From assembly GCA_044892525.1 (NCBI GenBank), contig CM097885.1, positions 173,538,001-173,602,000 on the forward strand: a DNA stretch of 64,000 bases, read 5' to 3'. Positions 1 through 12,900 of this stretch are shown here, one piece after another. The translations under genes and the position numbers were made by a program. The stretch's first letter is position 1; each line of letters begins with the position of its first letter. The notes under the pieces were generated by a model. That model was not told the DNA's origin. It saw nothing but the letters and a program-made list of their open reading frames with translations, and searched no databases. The DNA comes from Schmidtea polychroa. Lineage: Eukaryota.

Positions 1-1116
1 TTAGACCTATTATTTATTGTAATTCAAAATTTTGGACCTTAATTTACTTATTTCAGTTCGTTGATTACTTTAATTCAATTATTAGACTCATCATTTACTT
101 TAATTTCATAATTTAGCCCTTAATTTACTTATTTAACTTTAAATTAAAATTATTGACCATTGATTACTTAATTTTAAAATTTTGACCTTAATTTACTGTA
201 ATTCAAAAATTTAAGACGCTTTTTCATGTAAACCATCTTTTTGTATAGAAAATCCCAGGACCATCGAGACCCACCTTAATTTACTTGGAAAAATCCTTGA
301 TTTTTTAGTGTAGACCACCTTTTTGTATTGAAATTCTCAGGACCAAGAAGATCCACCTTAATTTACTTTGAATATTCTATGGTTTTTTAGTGGTAATCGG
401 ATTTTTGTATTGAAAATCCCAGGACCATGGAGACCCCCTCACTATAGTCTAAATAATTCATGCTTTTTTAGTGATAATTCAAATTTGTATTGAAAAAAAT
501 TTTTTTTTGTATTGAAAATCCCAGGACCAAGGAGTCCCCTCACTATAGTCTGAATAATCCTTGGCTTTTGTATTGAAAATCCCAGGACCAAGGAGACCCC
601 CTCACTATAGTCTGAATAATCCTTGTTATTATGTAATTATGAAATTATGTAATCAAAAAGCAGGAAAAATATTACGGCAACAATTTTTACCCAAAGGGGG
701 GGGGGGATTGTTGCCATACGCTACTAACTACCTACTTAAATTACCATGCTTATTTAGTGGTAATTGAATTTTGTATTGAAAATTCCAGGACCAAGGTGAC
801 CCCCTCACTATAGTCTGAATAATCCTTGGCTTTTTTAACGGTAATTGAAATTTCTATTGAAAATCCCAGGACCATGGAGACCCCTCACTATAGTCTGAAT
901 AATCCTTGGCAATTTTAGTGAGGACCCTTTTTTGTATTAAAAATCCCTAGATCAATCGAGACCCCCTCACTATAGTCAGAGAATTTATTTGTATTGAAAA
1001 AAAGATTTTTGTATTAAAATTCCTAGAAAGCAAAAAAAAGTAAGTTGCAGCAATTGCGTAATCAAAAATTGCAGCAGAACCCCCCCCCCTCTGCGGTAAG
1101 ATACTAACAACCTACT
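1..1116. mobile_element. Right arm(s) of the same Polinton-like repeat family, with CTACT termini at 736 and 1116
   Basis: Arrays of CCCAGGACCA..GAGACCCCCTCACTATAGTC units ending GCTACTAACTACCTACT (736) and ATACTAACAACCTACT (1116). Homologous to 25300-25821 and to the reverse complement of 46998-47800. Confidence 0.75.
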
Positions 1117-1159
1117 AATAAGCGAGTAATATACTAACGCTTCCCTTTTTTAAAAAATA

Positions 1160-1617
1160 GGGCATAGAACACAATCAGAGCTTACATTCGCAAGATGGTA
1201 TTGCCAGTTCATATTCGCTTAATTTTTGTAACTGCTGCACCTTTGAAATCACAGCTTCGTAAGTCTCAAAAATCTCTAACATCGGACCTATTTCATCGAG
1301 ATTGTATATGCCAATCCTCCACTAAATGTTTCTACTTATCAAAGAACATCGTTTACTAAATTACTTGCACAAGATGTAACGCATCATACATAGGCGAAAC
1401 ACTTAGAACGTTCCAAACAAGACTCAACGAACACGTCAAGAGGAAAACCAGCAATTATCACGAACTCTGGAAAAAAGTGCACAAATCAACACCACTCTTA
1501 AACGAAACAAAATGCAAAATGTTACAAGATGCGTTCAAAAACTCATTGCAAAGATTAGCCGCTTAGACTCTTTATATCAAAAAACTAAAACCGTATATCA
1601 ACATTCAACTAAATTAA
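1160..1617 (+). pseudogene. Penelope-like retroelement GIY-YIG endonuclease remnant
   Basis: CICQSSTKC..KNIVY*ITCTRCNASYIGETLRTFQTRLNEH ... [16 protein letters not shown]. Confidence 0.8.
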
Positions 1618-2109
1618 TACTTAAATTAATATTTAATTAGATTTAAAATTTCAAATTAAAAAAATATTTAATATATAAAAAACGTTTTTTTTATAAAATA
1701 AAATATTAAAAATTTAAAATTTAATTAAATTACAGAATTTAAAATTAAAAAAAATAGGAAATGTTATTTGAGTAATTAAAATAAAATAGAAATAGAATAT
1801 AATTAAACCAATAAATTTATTATAAAATACGTAATAAATTTATTATCCACCAACAATAATTATTTAATGTAATAATGATCAAATTCACTTGGAAAAGGCA
1901 GTGCTGAAGATTAGTGAGTATCAACAAACATCGATATATTACTGATTNNNNNNNNNNNNNNNNNNNNNNNNNNNNNNNNNNNNNNNNNNNNNNNNNNNNN
2001 NNNNNNNNNNNNNNNNNNNNNNNNNNNNNNNNNNNNNNNNNNNNNNNNNNNNNNNNNNNNNNNNNNNNNNNNNNNNNNNNNNNNNNNNNNNNNNNNNNNN
2101 NNNNNNATT

Positions 2110-3115
2110 GAAATTTGCATCTAAATTTGTCTGTGAAAATTATTTCATTAAAATTTCCTTTTTTAAATTTGTCTTTGAAAATTAATCAATTAAAATTTCT
2201 ATTAAAAATTGACTTAAAAACTTTCATTTAAATGTCTTTAAAAATTATCTTAAAAATTTATTCCATTAAATTATTAAGTTATTATTTCAATTAAGTTATT
2301 ATTTCAATTTACTTATTTAAAAATTAATACTTTAACTTACCTATTTAAAAATAATAACTTTAATTTACTTATTTAACTTTAATTTAATTTTAAGACTATT
2401 GATTACTTAATTAAAAAATTTGAACCCAATTTACATATTTATTCTTGTATTACTTAATTTAACATTTTATAACATATTTTACTTAACAACCGAATATAAC
2501 CCTTATATACATATTTAACCAATAATTTGATGTAGTGAATGATTAATTGACAAAGATTTGCATCTAAAATTGACTTTAAAAATTATTTCATAAAAGTTTC
2601 CATTAAAAATTACCTTAAAAAAATAATCCATAAAAATTTTCATTAAAAATTAACTTAAAAAATAATCCATAAAATTTTCTATTAAAAAATTTTAAATCTC
2701 AAACACCGACTATTATTCTAACTTTTTGTTAATAAATTTAAAAATTATTACTTTAATTTTAAAATTTGAACGATAATTTACTTTAATTTAATTTTTTAGA
2801 ACCTTCATTTACTTTAATTAAAAATTTGAACCATAATTTACATTAATTTTAAAATTTAGCCCTTAATTTACTTATTTGAGCCCATTGATTACTTATATTA
2901 AAAATTTAGCTCTTAATTTACTTTAATTTAATTTTTTAGAACCTTAATTTACTTTAATTAAAAAATTTACCACGCTTTTTAGCGTAGACCACCTTTTTCT
3001 ATTGAAAATATCCTGAGACCTTAAATTACCAAGCTTTTTAGTGATAATCGGATTTCGTATTGATTATCCTAGGACCAAAGAGACCTTCTCACTATAGTCT
3101 AAAAAATCCTGGCTT
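2110..3115. repeat. Terminus-less copy of the Polinton-like repeat arm
   Basis: Colinear with about 24540-25640 (ATTTGCATCTAAA, AACAACCGAATATAACCCTTAT, GGACCAAAGAGACCTTCTCACTATAGTC). Confidence 0.75.
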
Positions 3116-3486
3116 TTTTTCTATAGGGCCTATCTAACTGTATTTTTGGTTTAAAATTCACACTAAATGGTAAAATACACAATTACATTGTAAAATATTA
3201 AAATTGATGTGGTCATCAATATTCATATATTAAATATACCTACACTTTGTTAAAAATTTGGACATAAAAAAATGACCAAAAGCTATAGATCACATATACA
3301 CAAATACATCCATACAAAATTCATTGAAAATTTACACAATAAAAGTTAACAATATGAAAATTTGTTTCAAAGATATACATTAGATATACAACTCAACTAT
3401 TGTATTGCTCATATAATATAAATACAATATCAATCGAAAAAAAATCAGAGGTGAAAATTGGGAAAAAGTGCTTATAGTCATTATTT

Positions 3487-3489
<3 letters not shown>

Positions 3490-3546
<57 letters not shown>
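3490..3546. repeat. (TA)n microsatellite
   Basis: Direct reading. Others lie at 17011-17058, about 28955-29006, 32942-32969 and 50582-50637; (AAT)n at about 49222-49270. Confidence 0.95.
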
Positions 3547-3547
<1 letters not shown>

Positions 3548-3980
3548 TAGGTTATTCCCGGCCGATGTGGGTTATTAATACCCTTTCTAATTTTTCTCAT
3601 TATTCAGCAGGATGTTCAATTTCACTACTTACAAAGAGCATTACTATAACCAGTTTTCATGAATATAATCAAAAATATTTTATCGTATATACCAACAGTT
3701 TCACTAAATAATCAATTTATCCGAATTGAATATTTTCCCAGTAGTCCTAATTTAATTTTTTAAACATTAGTACTCATACCAGACCAATTATGAAAAACGG
3801 TTATAAATGAAATTACCAAGATTTAAAAAACCGAAAATTTTAATTAGAAATTAAAAGGACAAATCAAAAATATTTTTATTAAAAAAAAATTAATATGAAA
3901 ATCAAATCAATCAATAAATTTTTGCATTACAAAATCCAGACAAATCAAAAACGTATTAAAATCAATTAGAAAAGTGGCCA

Positions 3981-6900
3981 TCAATAAACACCTTTAATTC
4001 TTTTATTTTCAGGATCAAATAAAGTTTTCATATGGATATCAGCGGAATAACGTTTACCCATCTTCTCAATTTCATAATGTCCAGATTCCAGATAGCTGTT
4101 GGTAACGTTTGAACCATCCAAAGTCCCAACATAGCCGTACCCGATTGCTTTATTTATAAAATGACCATAATCAGCTGAGCGTAGAAATCCAACGTATTCC
4201 CCATTTCTCACAATTGCTTCTAGACCATGCAACTGTATTTTCCTGTGCATAAAATTAATTTTAATCCTTTATTTATAAAATAAAATATTATAAGAACTTT
4301 TTTCAAATTTCACTTCTGATTATTTTCAATTGACATAGTATTTATTAAAATAAAATATTCCCATAAAAACTAATCTAAAATATCACTGAATAATAACAAT
4401 CGTATGGAATAAATGTAACTATTGGGGTAATATATAAAAGCCCAAAATAAAACGAAAGTACAATAAAAATCAACAAAAACACCAAAATAATAAAATTTCA
4501 AAAATAAATTAAAATTTATAAAAGTTGAAAACTAATAATGATAGGAAGAAATGGGTATGGTTGAACGCAAAATAAGAAGACTAGCCCTGAAATAATAAGA
4601 GGTCCCAAAAAAAGCTATAACGGAAAAACAAATTAATTAATCGCTAATGGAAAGCTCGAGCTAATGGGAAGTCCTAGCAATAAGGGAAATCCGAAGACTC
4701 GATCGATTAGATAATTATTGAAACAAACTCATCCGAGTGCCAGTTGGGAGTAAATAAATTAGATTGTTATGATTCAAAAATTTCCCAAAAGATTTCAAAT
4801 AATGATTATTCAACAATTGTTTTCTCATAAAAGTATGAAAGAAAAAGCTGGAAAGAGACGAGAACCAGTTGGTCGAAGAAAACAATATCAGATTAGAGAA
4901 CGTTTACAAAACTCCAATAGAAACTAAAGAGAAAATTCGAATAAAGCTAAAGAGAATTATAAGTTATCGTACAAGAAAAGATGATTACCCCATTGAGCAA
5001 CCTACCTCACGATAAACAAATATCTTGAAAGAAAGGTGCAAATATATTGATCAATTGTGATTGTGGTAAAATTTGAATAAAGTTGTTCCTTGTTGGGTTT
5101 TAGTTATTTCTTTGGAAAAGGACACTAGGAGTAAGAGATAACCGACTTTGATAAATCATAACCTAACAGAATAAATAAATAGTAAACTAATAGCCTGTAT
5201 TTTAATTCAATGTTTTTTAACAATGGAAAATAAATAGGGACACACACACATTTTATGGTTTGTCCTCAGGTGCACTTATCCAATCTGTCTTTGTATCATT
5301 TATTTTAATTAATAAATTTTTTAATTATTGTACAACTATGTTAAAATGATTATTTTAGTTTCTTTATTTTGACAATTTCAACTCATTTTATTTGTTGAAT
5401 TGCTAATTAGGTCAAATGACCTATGATTTTCAGCTTTTAACATTAGCTCAACCATTAATTTAATTTTATATTGATCTCTTTCAGGAACATCAAGATAGTC
5501 TTTCCAAAATGTTTGATCACTCTCGTATTCAAATAATCATTAGGTTTGATAAATTTCTGACAATTAAATGATTTTGGAGTAGTAGCATTGCTACTTACAA
5601 CACCGAAACATTTATACAACACTGTATGTACAATTCACTTTTTTCCATTTTTGTAATTATAATACCTTCGAAGGCTGTCAAAACAAAACTAACTGTTCGA
5701 ATGACTTATTAATAGATAGGGTTCTGTTATTCAGAAAAATAATCATTTTTGAGATAACACTCCCTATACTAGAAAAGTATTTGATTTCTCACTGTACCCT
5801 CGTAGTTTCATAACAGGATTTTTATTCTAAATATTTACAAAATTGTTGTTAATCAAATCGATTCTGAAGACGACAAGTGTGATAAAAATTGTGAAATTAC
5901 TAATTTTACTCCAAAAAAGTTAAAAGAAGGACTTATCTAGCGAAAAATCGTGAATCATTTTATTTGACTGAAGACCCTTGTGCTGAAAGAAGCCGAAATT
6001 TCAAAAGGAATCTAAAAAAGTTTCATGTAAGGAGGTTTATCACAAACTTGTAAGGGCCAGAAAATCGACTAAAATCACAGATTTTCTTTAGAAAATCCTG
6101 ATTATTCCAAAAAATAGTGGAGAGTTGTATGAATGAAAGCTTGACAAATATGTAGCTTAATATGAATGTAAAGAATAAGAATAACTTGAGAAATTCCAAA
6201 AACTTTATTTAAGAAATTATGGTATTATTTATAGTACCCGGTGTCCCGACACTAACACAATTGGTATTAATTGGTATTGGGTTGCAATTAGTTTCTATTC
6301 TGTGCTTTAAAATATCTGTTTTGCCTATATCCCATTTTATTAAGCATAAAAATATCTGAGAACTCAACAACTATTTCATATATCGGATTGTATTTTTCTA
6401 TTTTCAATATTTCATTCATAAATTTATTTTTATTATTAACTTTTAAATTATTACCAAATTTTGCTTGCAAACTGAGGTAATTTTCATTACAAAATCCAAC
6501 TAACTTAATATTTAAAGAATTCGATTCCTACAATTACTTCTGGGTATATTTCCTTAGCAACGAAAATTTCTCCAGTTATTTCTTTATTGTTGAATTCTAA
6601 ACTTAGAGAAACTTTCCCAAAAATCCCTAACATACTACCGTTTGCGCAAGATATCTTTCTATTTCCTGCATTAAAAAATTTTAAATTCAATTTTTCAGCA
6701 ATCGTTTCGGATAAAACTTTTGCTCCTGTGTCAAATAACGAATTAAAAGTCACATTATTTAATCTAATATTATTAAATGGTCTACCATCTACATTACAAT
6801 ATCCTATATCATATATATCTTTAATAACATTAACACTCGGTAATTTTAATTTTTTATTGGATATATTTAAAAAAACAATCATTTTTATCACAATCACTCA

Positions 6901-9900
6901 CGAATATACAGTCATTCTTATTGTGTTCAGTATTAAAATTATTAATTAAATAAAAATCAGAATCAAATTTTCGACTGGGGAAAAATCAACATTAACATTA
7001 TCAAACAAAAAATCAACCAAACAATCATTACATTCAGCATTTAGGGTCCTCAAAAAATGATCATTGCTTACATGTTATTTATCGCTCCTAACATATCCCT
7101 GTTTGGAGCTTTGGTATTTCCCTATATTTCTGACTGTCCATTATAGTCGTTTGGTTCGTCATTACATACTGCAGCTACGTTTTCCCCATTGTTTCGATCA
7201 TTTTCTTGATTATAATTTCTATTGTATCTATTGAAATTCCCATGGTTTTGATTCAAAGTTCTTTGCAATCTTATCTCGTAGTGATTCAGTTTTTGAAAAC
7301 ACTGAAAACTTAAATGACCTGCTTTACCACAAGACAAACATCGAATATTTGAACATTCCCGACGAATATGACCAATTTCACAGCATGCGTAACACTTTTG
7401 AAAATTAATCTGACCTTCAATTTTGATGCCATTTTGAAGTATTTCATTGAAAAATCTTTACTGAAATTTCTTTGATAATCTACTCGTCCTTCTTGGAATT
7501 GATTTCTTAGTAAATTTGAAAATTCATTTTTTTATCACTTTGATTTTGCTGATTTCCATAAATATTTCTTTTCTCATTGTTATTCTATCGACCGTTTTCA
7601 CAATTGATGGGTAGGAGGTATTTCCAACGGCTGAAACTTGTTGTATCTTGGATTTATCTTCATCCATTTTCTGTAAAATTCTTTTAATATATTTATTTTC
7701 CATTGGACCTCAATCATTTTTTAAATCTTCATTCGATAATTTTACTTTCAGCAAATCTAGTAATTTCATATCTCTTTATTTCACGTTTTTCTTCTTCATT
7801 ATAAAGACAATGTTTTAGGAAGAACGTTGTCAAATTTGACATTGTTAGCTTGTGCTTCAAGATTTTCTGAACACCTTTCTCACTCTTACTAATGTAAGTT
7901 TCTGCATCTTCTTTTTTTCGATAATTTAGCAACTGTTCCAAATCCTTAGCTAAATCCAAGTTGTCTTCGAATGCTAATCTAAGCCTTTTCGCATAATCTC
8001 CCTCATCTGGAATTTTGTCATATTTGTTGCGGCAATTTTCGTCCAAATAAGGTTGAATAATTACTCATCTTTGACTATTGTCTAGCTGAATAATTGAAAA
8101 GTATGCTTCAATCTTCTCAATAAATTCTTCCAAACCGTCTCCAATTGAATAAATTTTTTAGCTGTGGGAGAATCCGTAATAATTCCTGAGTTGAAAGCGT
8201 GGTCGCCATATAAATAACTTGAGAAATTCCAAAAACTTTATTTAAGAAATTATGGTACTATTTATAGTACCCGGTGTGCCGACACTAACACAATCAGCAA
8301 TAGCTTATTGGGAAATAATAATCAGTGACATAATTTAAGGACCAAGACAATCAAAAATAATAAATCACACATGCAAGCATTACATATATAGGGTAAAGGT
8401 TAGGGAAATCAAATATCCCATTATAATTACATCACGATGAACAAGAGCTCAACCCATTAACAAGTTTCTACAAAGCATTATCCTATAAGTGTTATTGAAG
8501 ACGTCGACGCATATTTTACTAATATTGGTAATATACCACCAGCAATATTTAATATAATTTATAATGTACTATTTAAAAGCTAGAAACTATATAGCAAAAA
8601 AACTTTTTCAATAAAAAATAAATTTTACCGTTTTTTAATACCCATAATTCACAATTTCCCTTTGTTGACATTTTTTGTTGGTCCTTTCAAAAACCTAAAA
8701 TATGGGTTCCATTGTAATTATAAAAAAAATTCAGTTGGATATAGAATTTTTTTTGACTAAAATCAACTTTCATATGACAATAGATTGAAAAAAACTAATA
8801 TTTAACAAAATGTGCCTCAAAATGCTAATGGTTATCCATAAGAATCAGTGATACGATCCAGCCGGTACGCCCGTACTGGGTCTTAACAATTTCTAGTAAG
8901 TGCGTATGGATTTATAATTTTACAAATCAATAAAAATTTGGAAAGCGTACTGGTTCCAAAGAAAATTGAATTCCATCACTGATAAGAATTTCATTAAAAT
9001 ATTGTAAGCTAACAATATCAACTTTTATTTTTGATCACTGATGATAATGAAAAAAAAATTGAAGAAAACTATTTGAAAATATATAAAAAAATTTACTCCT
9101 TCAATGAAAACAGAGCTAATTTCTTTTTCAGTCCACTTTCCATTTGATTTTCAAGCGCGCTGCGACCCAAAAAATTTGTATCTGTTTTTAATTTACAAGT
9201 AAATCCAAGCCCAGCTTCTAACGGAGTATCATCGGATCTTAGATCTGCATGCCAATGACGATAACCTTAACGTGTTAACATAATTTTTAACATGACTTTT
9301 ATTTGAAAATATAATTGAAAATTTAAATAAAATTAAAATTAAATTAACTTTATAAAGAAAGTTGTTTGATTTTATTTTTCGTGCTATTTGACACTAATTT
9401 AATATTTTTATTCACTTAAAAACAGAAAATAGAACATGTGGATGATTTATTTTCAAAATTTAATAATTTAAACTTAATATCAGTGATCTAACAGTGCCAT
9501 AAATTTATGTGTTTTAAAAACTGTTAGCAAGTCTGTTTAAATTCTTTTGTTCGAAAATAATTATTATAACTAAATTGGTTATCATTATTATTTAAGTCGT
9601 CTGACTCCATCTTATAGTTAAAATCCAATGTTTTTCATGTTAATATATCAAGAAATTTTCTTGAGATATTAAAAATAATTCAAATATTTTAGATACAAAA
9701 TCAGTATTCTAACTCAAGATTTCATAGTTGTTATATTTTCATAGTTTTTAATAATTCTTAAAAAATATTTTCTAACACTTGCATAAAATTGTTGAAACTA
9801 TTTTTAGAAAATTTGATGAAGTCATTTAATTTATGTCTTTTAACTTAAAATTGTTTTTGAAAACACTTTTAAAATTATTTAACAACATTTTTGATTTTAA

Positions 9901-12900
9901 GCAATAAAATTTCAATCGTTTTTATAATTATGAGTCTAAAAAATAATTAACATTATTAAGAATTTTCAAATTCTTTTTCATTTCAAATTCATTTTCTAAA
10001 AACAATGTTCATAGCGATTTTAGCAATAATTATATATTATATAAACCAAATTTTGAATAATCTTTGGAGAATATTTATAATGACTTTTCACATTCTATGC
10101 GATTTCAACATACTGCAATCATACAAATACAATTTAATATATTATATTATAAATTATATAAAGCCATATTTATATTAAAGATAAATTTATTGTTAGATTT
10201 ATCTCACAAACATTATGTTAAAAAAGAAGTTAAAAGAAGTAAATTTGACAAAAAATAGGTTGGTTAAACAGCAAAAAAACGAACCTTTCTCAATACTGAG
10301 AGAATCTATAGCGCGATATCCAGCATTGACTAATCCATGAAGTTTTCCAACTTTTGTTATTGAATGATAAATGCTTTTGGCATAATCCTTCGGAATGTGT
10401 AATTCCCATCCCATTTCGCCAACAAACGATAATCGTAATGCACGACATGGCACATCATTAATTTGTATTAGCTAAATGAATTTGTGATTATAAAACAATA
10501 TTATAAAACAATATGCCACAAAATTATCGGGCGATCAATGATGACATAATTGATGTGTGTAAATGATCGAGGTTTCAATGATGTGATTCAATTATAAAAT
10601 GTTTATTTGTTGTTTCAATTAAGTTGCGACAATTTTAAATATTTACTTTATTTAGGTATATTTTTAAAAATAACATTGATGGCACTTTAGAATTTAAAAT
10701 TTATTACATTATTCGATCAAAAACGAGTGGACGAATGCTGAGTTGAACGAAGACTAATTCGATATGCAGAGTCAACTTTCAAGATTAAAGTCAGATTTTT
10801 ATTAGACGTTTAATTGATAGACAGTCGAGATATCCTTCATACAGTTTTAAAAAATATCAATATTTTTTTAATAAAAAATTGGGTTCGAAAGCGGTTCCAA
10901 AATATCGGTTTTCAAATTTTATCATTAAAACCAAAATCGAGCTCTTAAAACCGGTTTTTAACGATTTTTAGTTTTAGTTGCCTCTGAAAATTAGATTTTT
11001 AAAAAACTTTTGTCATTACAAAATGTTATCGATTACTTTCGAGCAAAAAAAATTTATATCTGTCAATGTGTTCATTAATACTAATGTATGACTAATTTTT
11101 CGAATCACATCAATTATATTGTTTTATGCAATAATGTTAGTATAAAGTTTCCATAATAATATTAATTTAAAAATTCTTCATTGTTTAGTCCAGTGTTTCT
11201 CAAACTATGGGTCGCGACCCATTTTTGGGTCGCGAAAGAATTTTTGGTGGGTCGCGATGACTTATGGAAAGATCTACAAATATAAATTTTGGAAGTTTAA
11301 GCCTTTTAAATTTATTTAATCTTTGTCATGTGGGTCGCAATAAAATTTTTGGCATGAAATGTCAAAAATTTGGGTCGTGATCAAAAAAGTTTGAGAACCA
11401 CTGGTTTAGTCCGTCTGAAATTTTTTTTTCTATCGTAGTATCATTCCAAAACGTTTTCAATCACTCCTGAGCAAAAATATAACTATTGAATCATAATTCA
11501 AAACTCTTATAAATTTGTGATAGGAGTTCTAGGTGATTAAAAATGATTTTAAGAAAGTAATATCTCTCACATTTTAATAGAAAAGTATTAATATTTATCA
11601 ACCTTACTATGTCAAAAATGAAATCAAACGTATGGACTTACTTTGTTCGGAAGAACAAAGATGAAGCTCAATGCACCAAGTGTCAAAAAAGAGTTATCTT
11701 CATAATCCAGCAATGTTTACTGAAGAGTCAAACTAAAGAGCTTTTCCTTTTCCAAAACAAGTATTGAAGAAGTATAATGAACGAACATACAAGAGATTAT
11801 TTCTAGAACACCGCGAGATCAAAGAAAAAAATGTTGCCTCAACGAGTTCAGTCTTCGATGGAGATGATCAACTCATGATTGAGTATATTCGTGCGATTCA
11901 TAAATTATAAAATCGGTTTTAATCAGTTTTGATTAATGCGTATCAGTTAAATTCGGTTTTGAATTTATCGATTTGTTACGAACTTTACGAACGAAGAAAA
12001 TAGTGACTTGTAGTAAATAGGTATGTGTTAATCTTTCATTTGAAAATAATAAATCAAAAAAATACTAATACAAACTTTTTGAGTTGAGAATGGGAAGGCT
12101 TCATTGGAAAAATCGGTATCTGATAACGACTGTAAAATCTGTCGACTAAGAAGAAATTAAACTGTCAATTATTAATTCATTTTATATATACATAAATACA
12201 GTAGGATCTGTCCAAAAAGTACATAGTATTACAAGTTCACCCACAAAAAGAAGTGCAATGTTAAGGAACTCGACCGGGAAGGGGCACGTATCTGTCTTTT
12301 AGCTCTGTGGTTTAAGTACACCATTAATAAGAACACTTTAAGATATTTCCCATTCCAAAATATATATTAAATGATTACTATTAAATGTTTATTTTATGAA
12401 TTCTATACGCCAAAATTTATCCAAATGTACAAGAGAAAGGTTAGCATCAATGTCAAACTTAAAATTATAAATTATCTTGATATTGATGACAGTATCCGTG
12501 AACTAGCTGAGCACTTCAAAGTCAATAAAGGAGTCGTTCTAAATGCCATGAAACAAAAATCATATAAAATAGACAAGTTGAACACTAATACGTCAAGAAT
12601 TTGTGATAACATCGAGGTAAACATCTTAATTTTGTGTTTGTTCAAGGTTTCTCTTTCTCAGCTCTATTGCTCGAAGCAAAATCACTCGAATTAAATATTG
12701 CTTTGGTTTCTGATACAATGATGAAAGCGTCTGATGGCTAGTTGAGAATTTAAAGAAGTGTCACCACATTTTGTTCAGATTGATAAGCGGACAGTCTGAA
12801 ATGTTGATAGTGATTCGTCAAAAGAATGGAAGAAAGGTTTTGTAACCATTTTCAAATACTGCCATTCCAGCAATATTTTCAACATTGGCGAAACAGGTTA

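Noticed and set aside
430-980. Repeated CTCACTATAG resembling the T7 promoter
   Set aside because: Lacks TAATACGA and is an integral part of a genomic repeat unit found at several loci; not vector contamination.
250-980. CRISPR-like repeat array
   Set aside because: Eukaryotic context, degenerate repeats, mutually similar spacers, irregular period, no cas genes.
5864-5905. CTGAAGA...GAAA hammerhead-like spacing
   Set aside because: Stem II lacks the closing G-C pair and there is no stem I.
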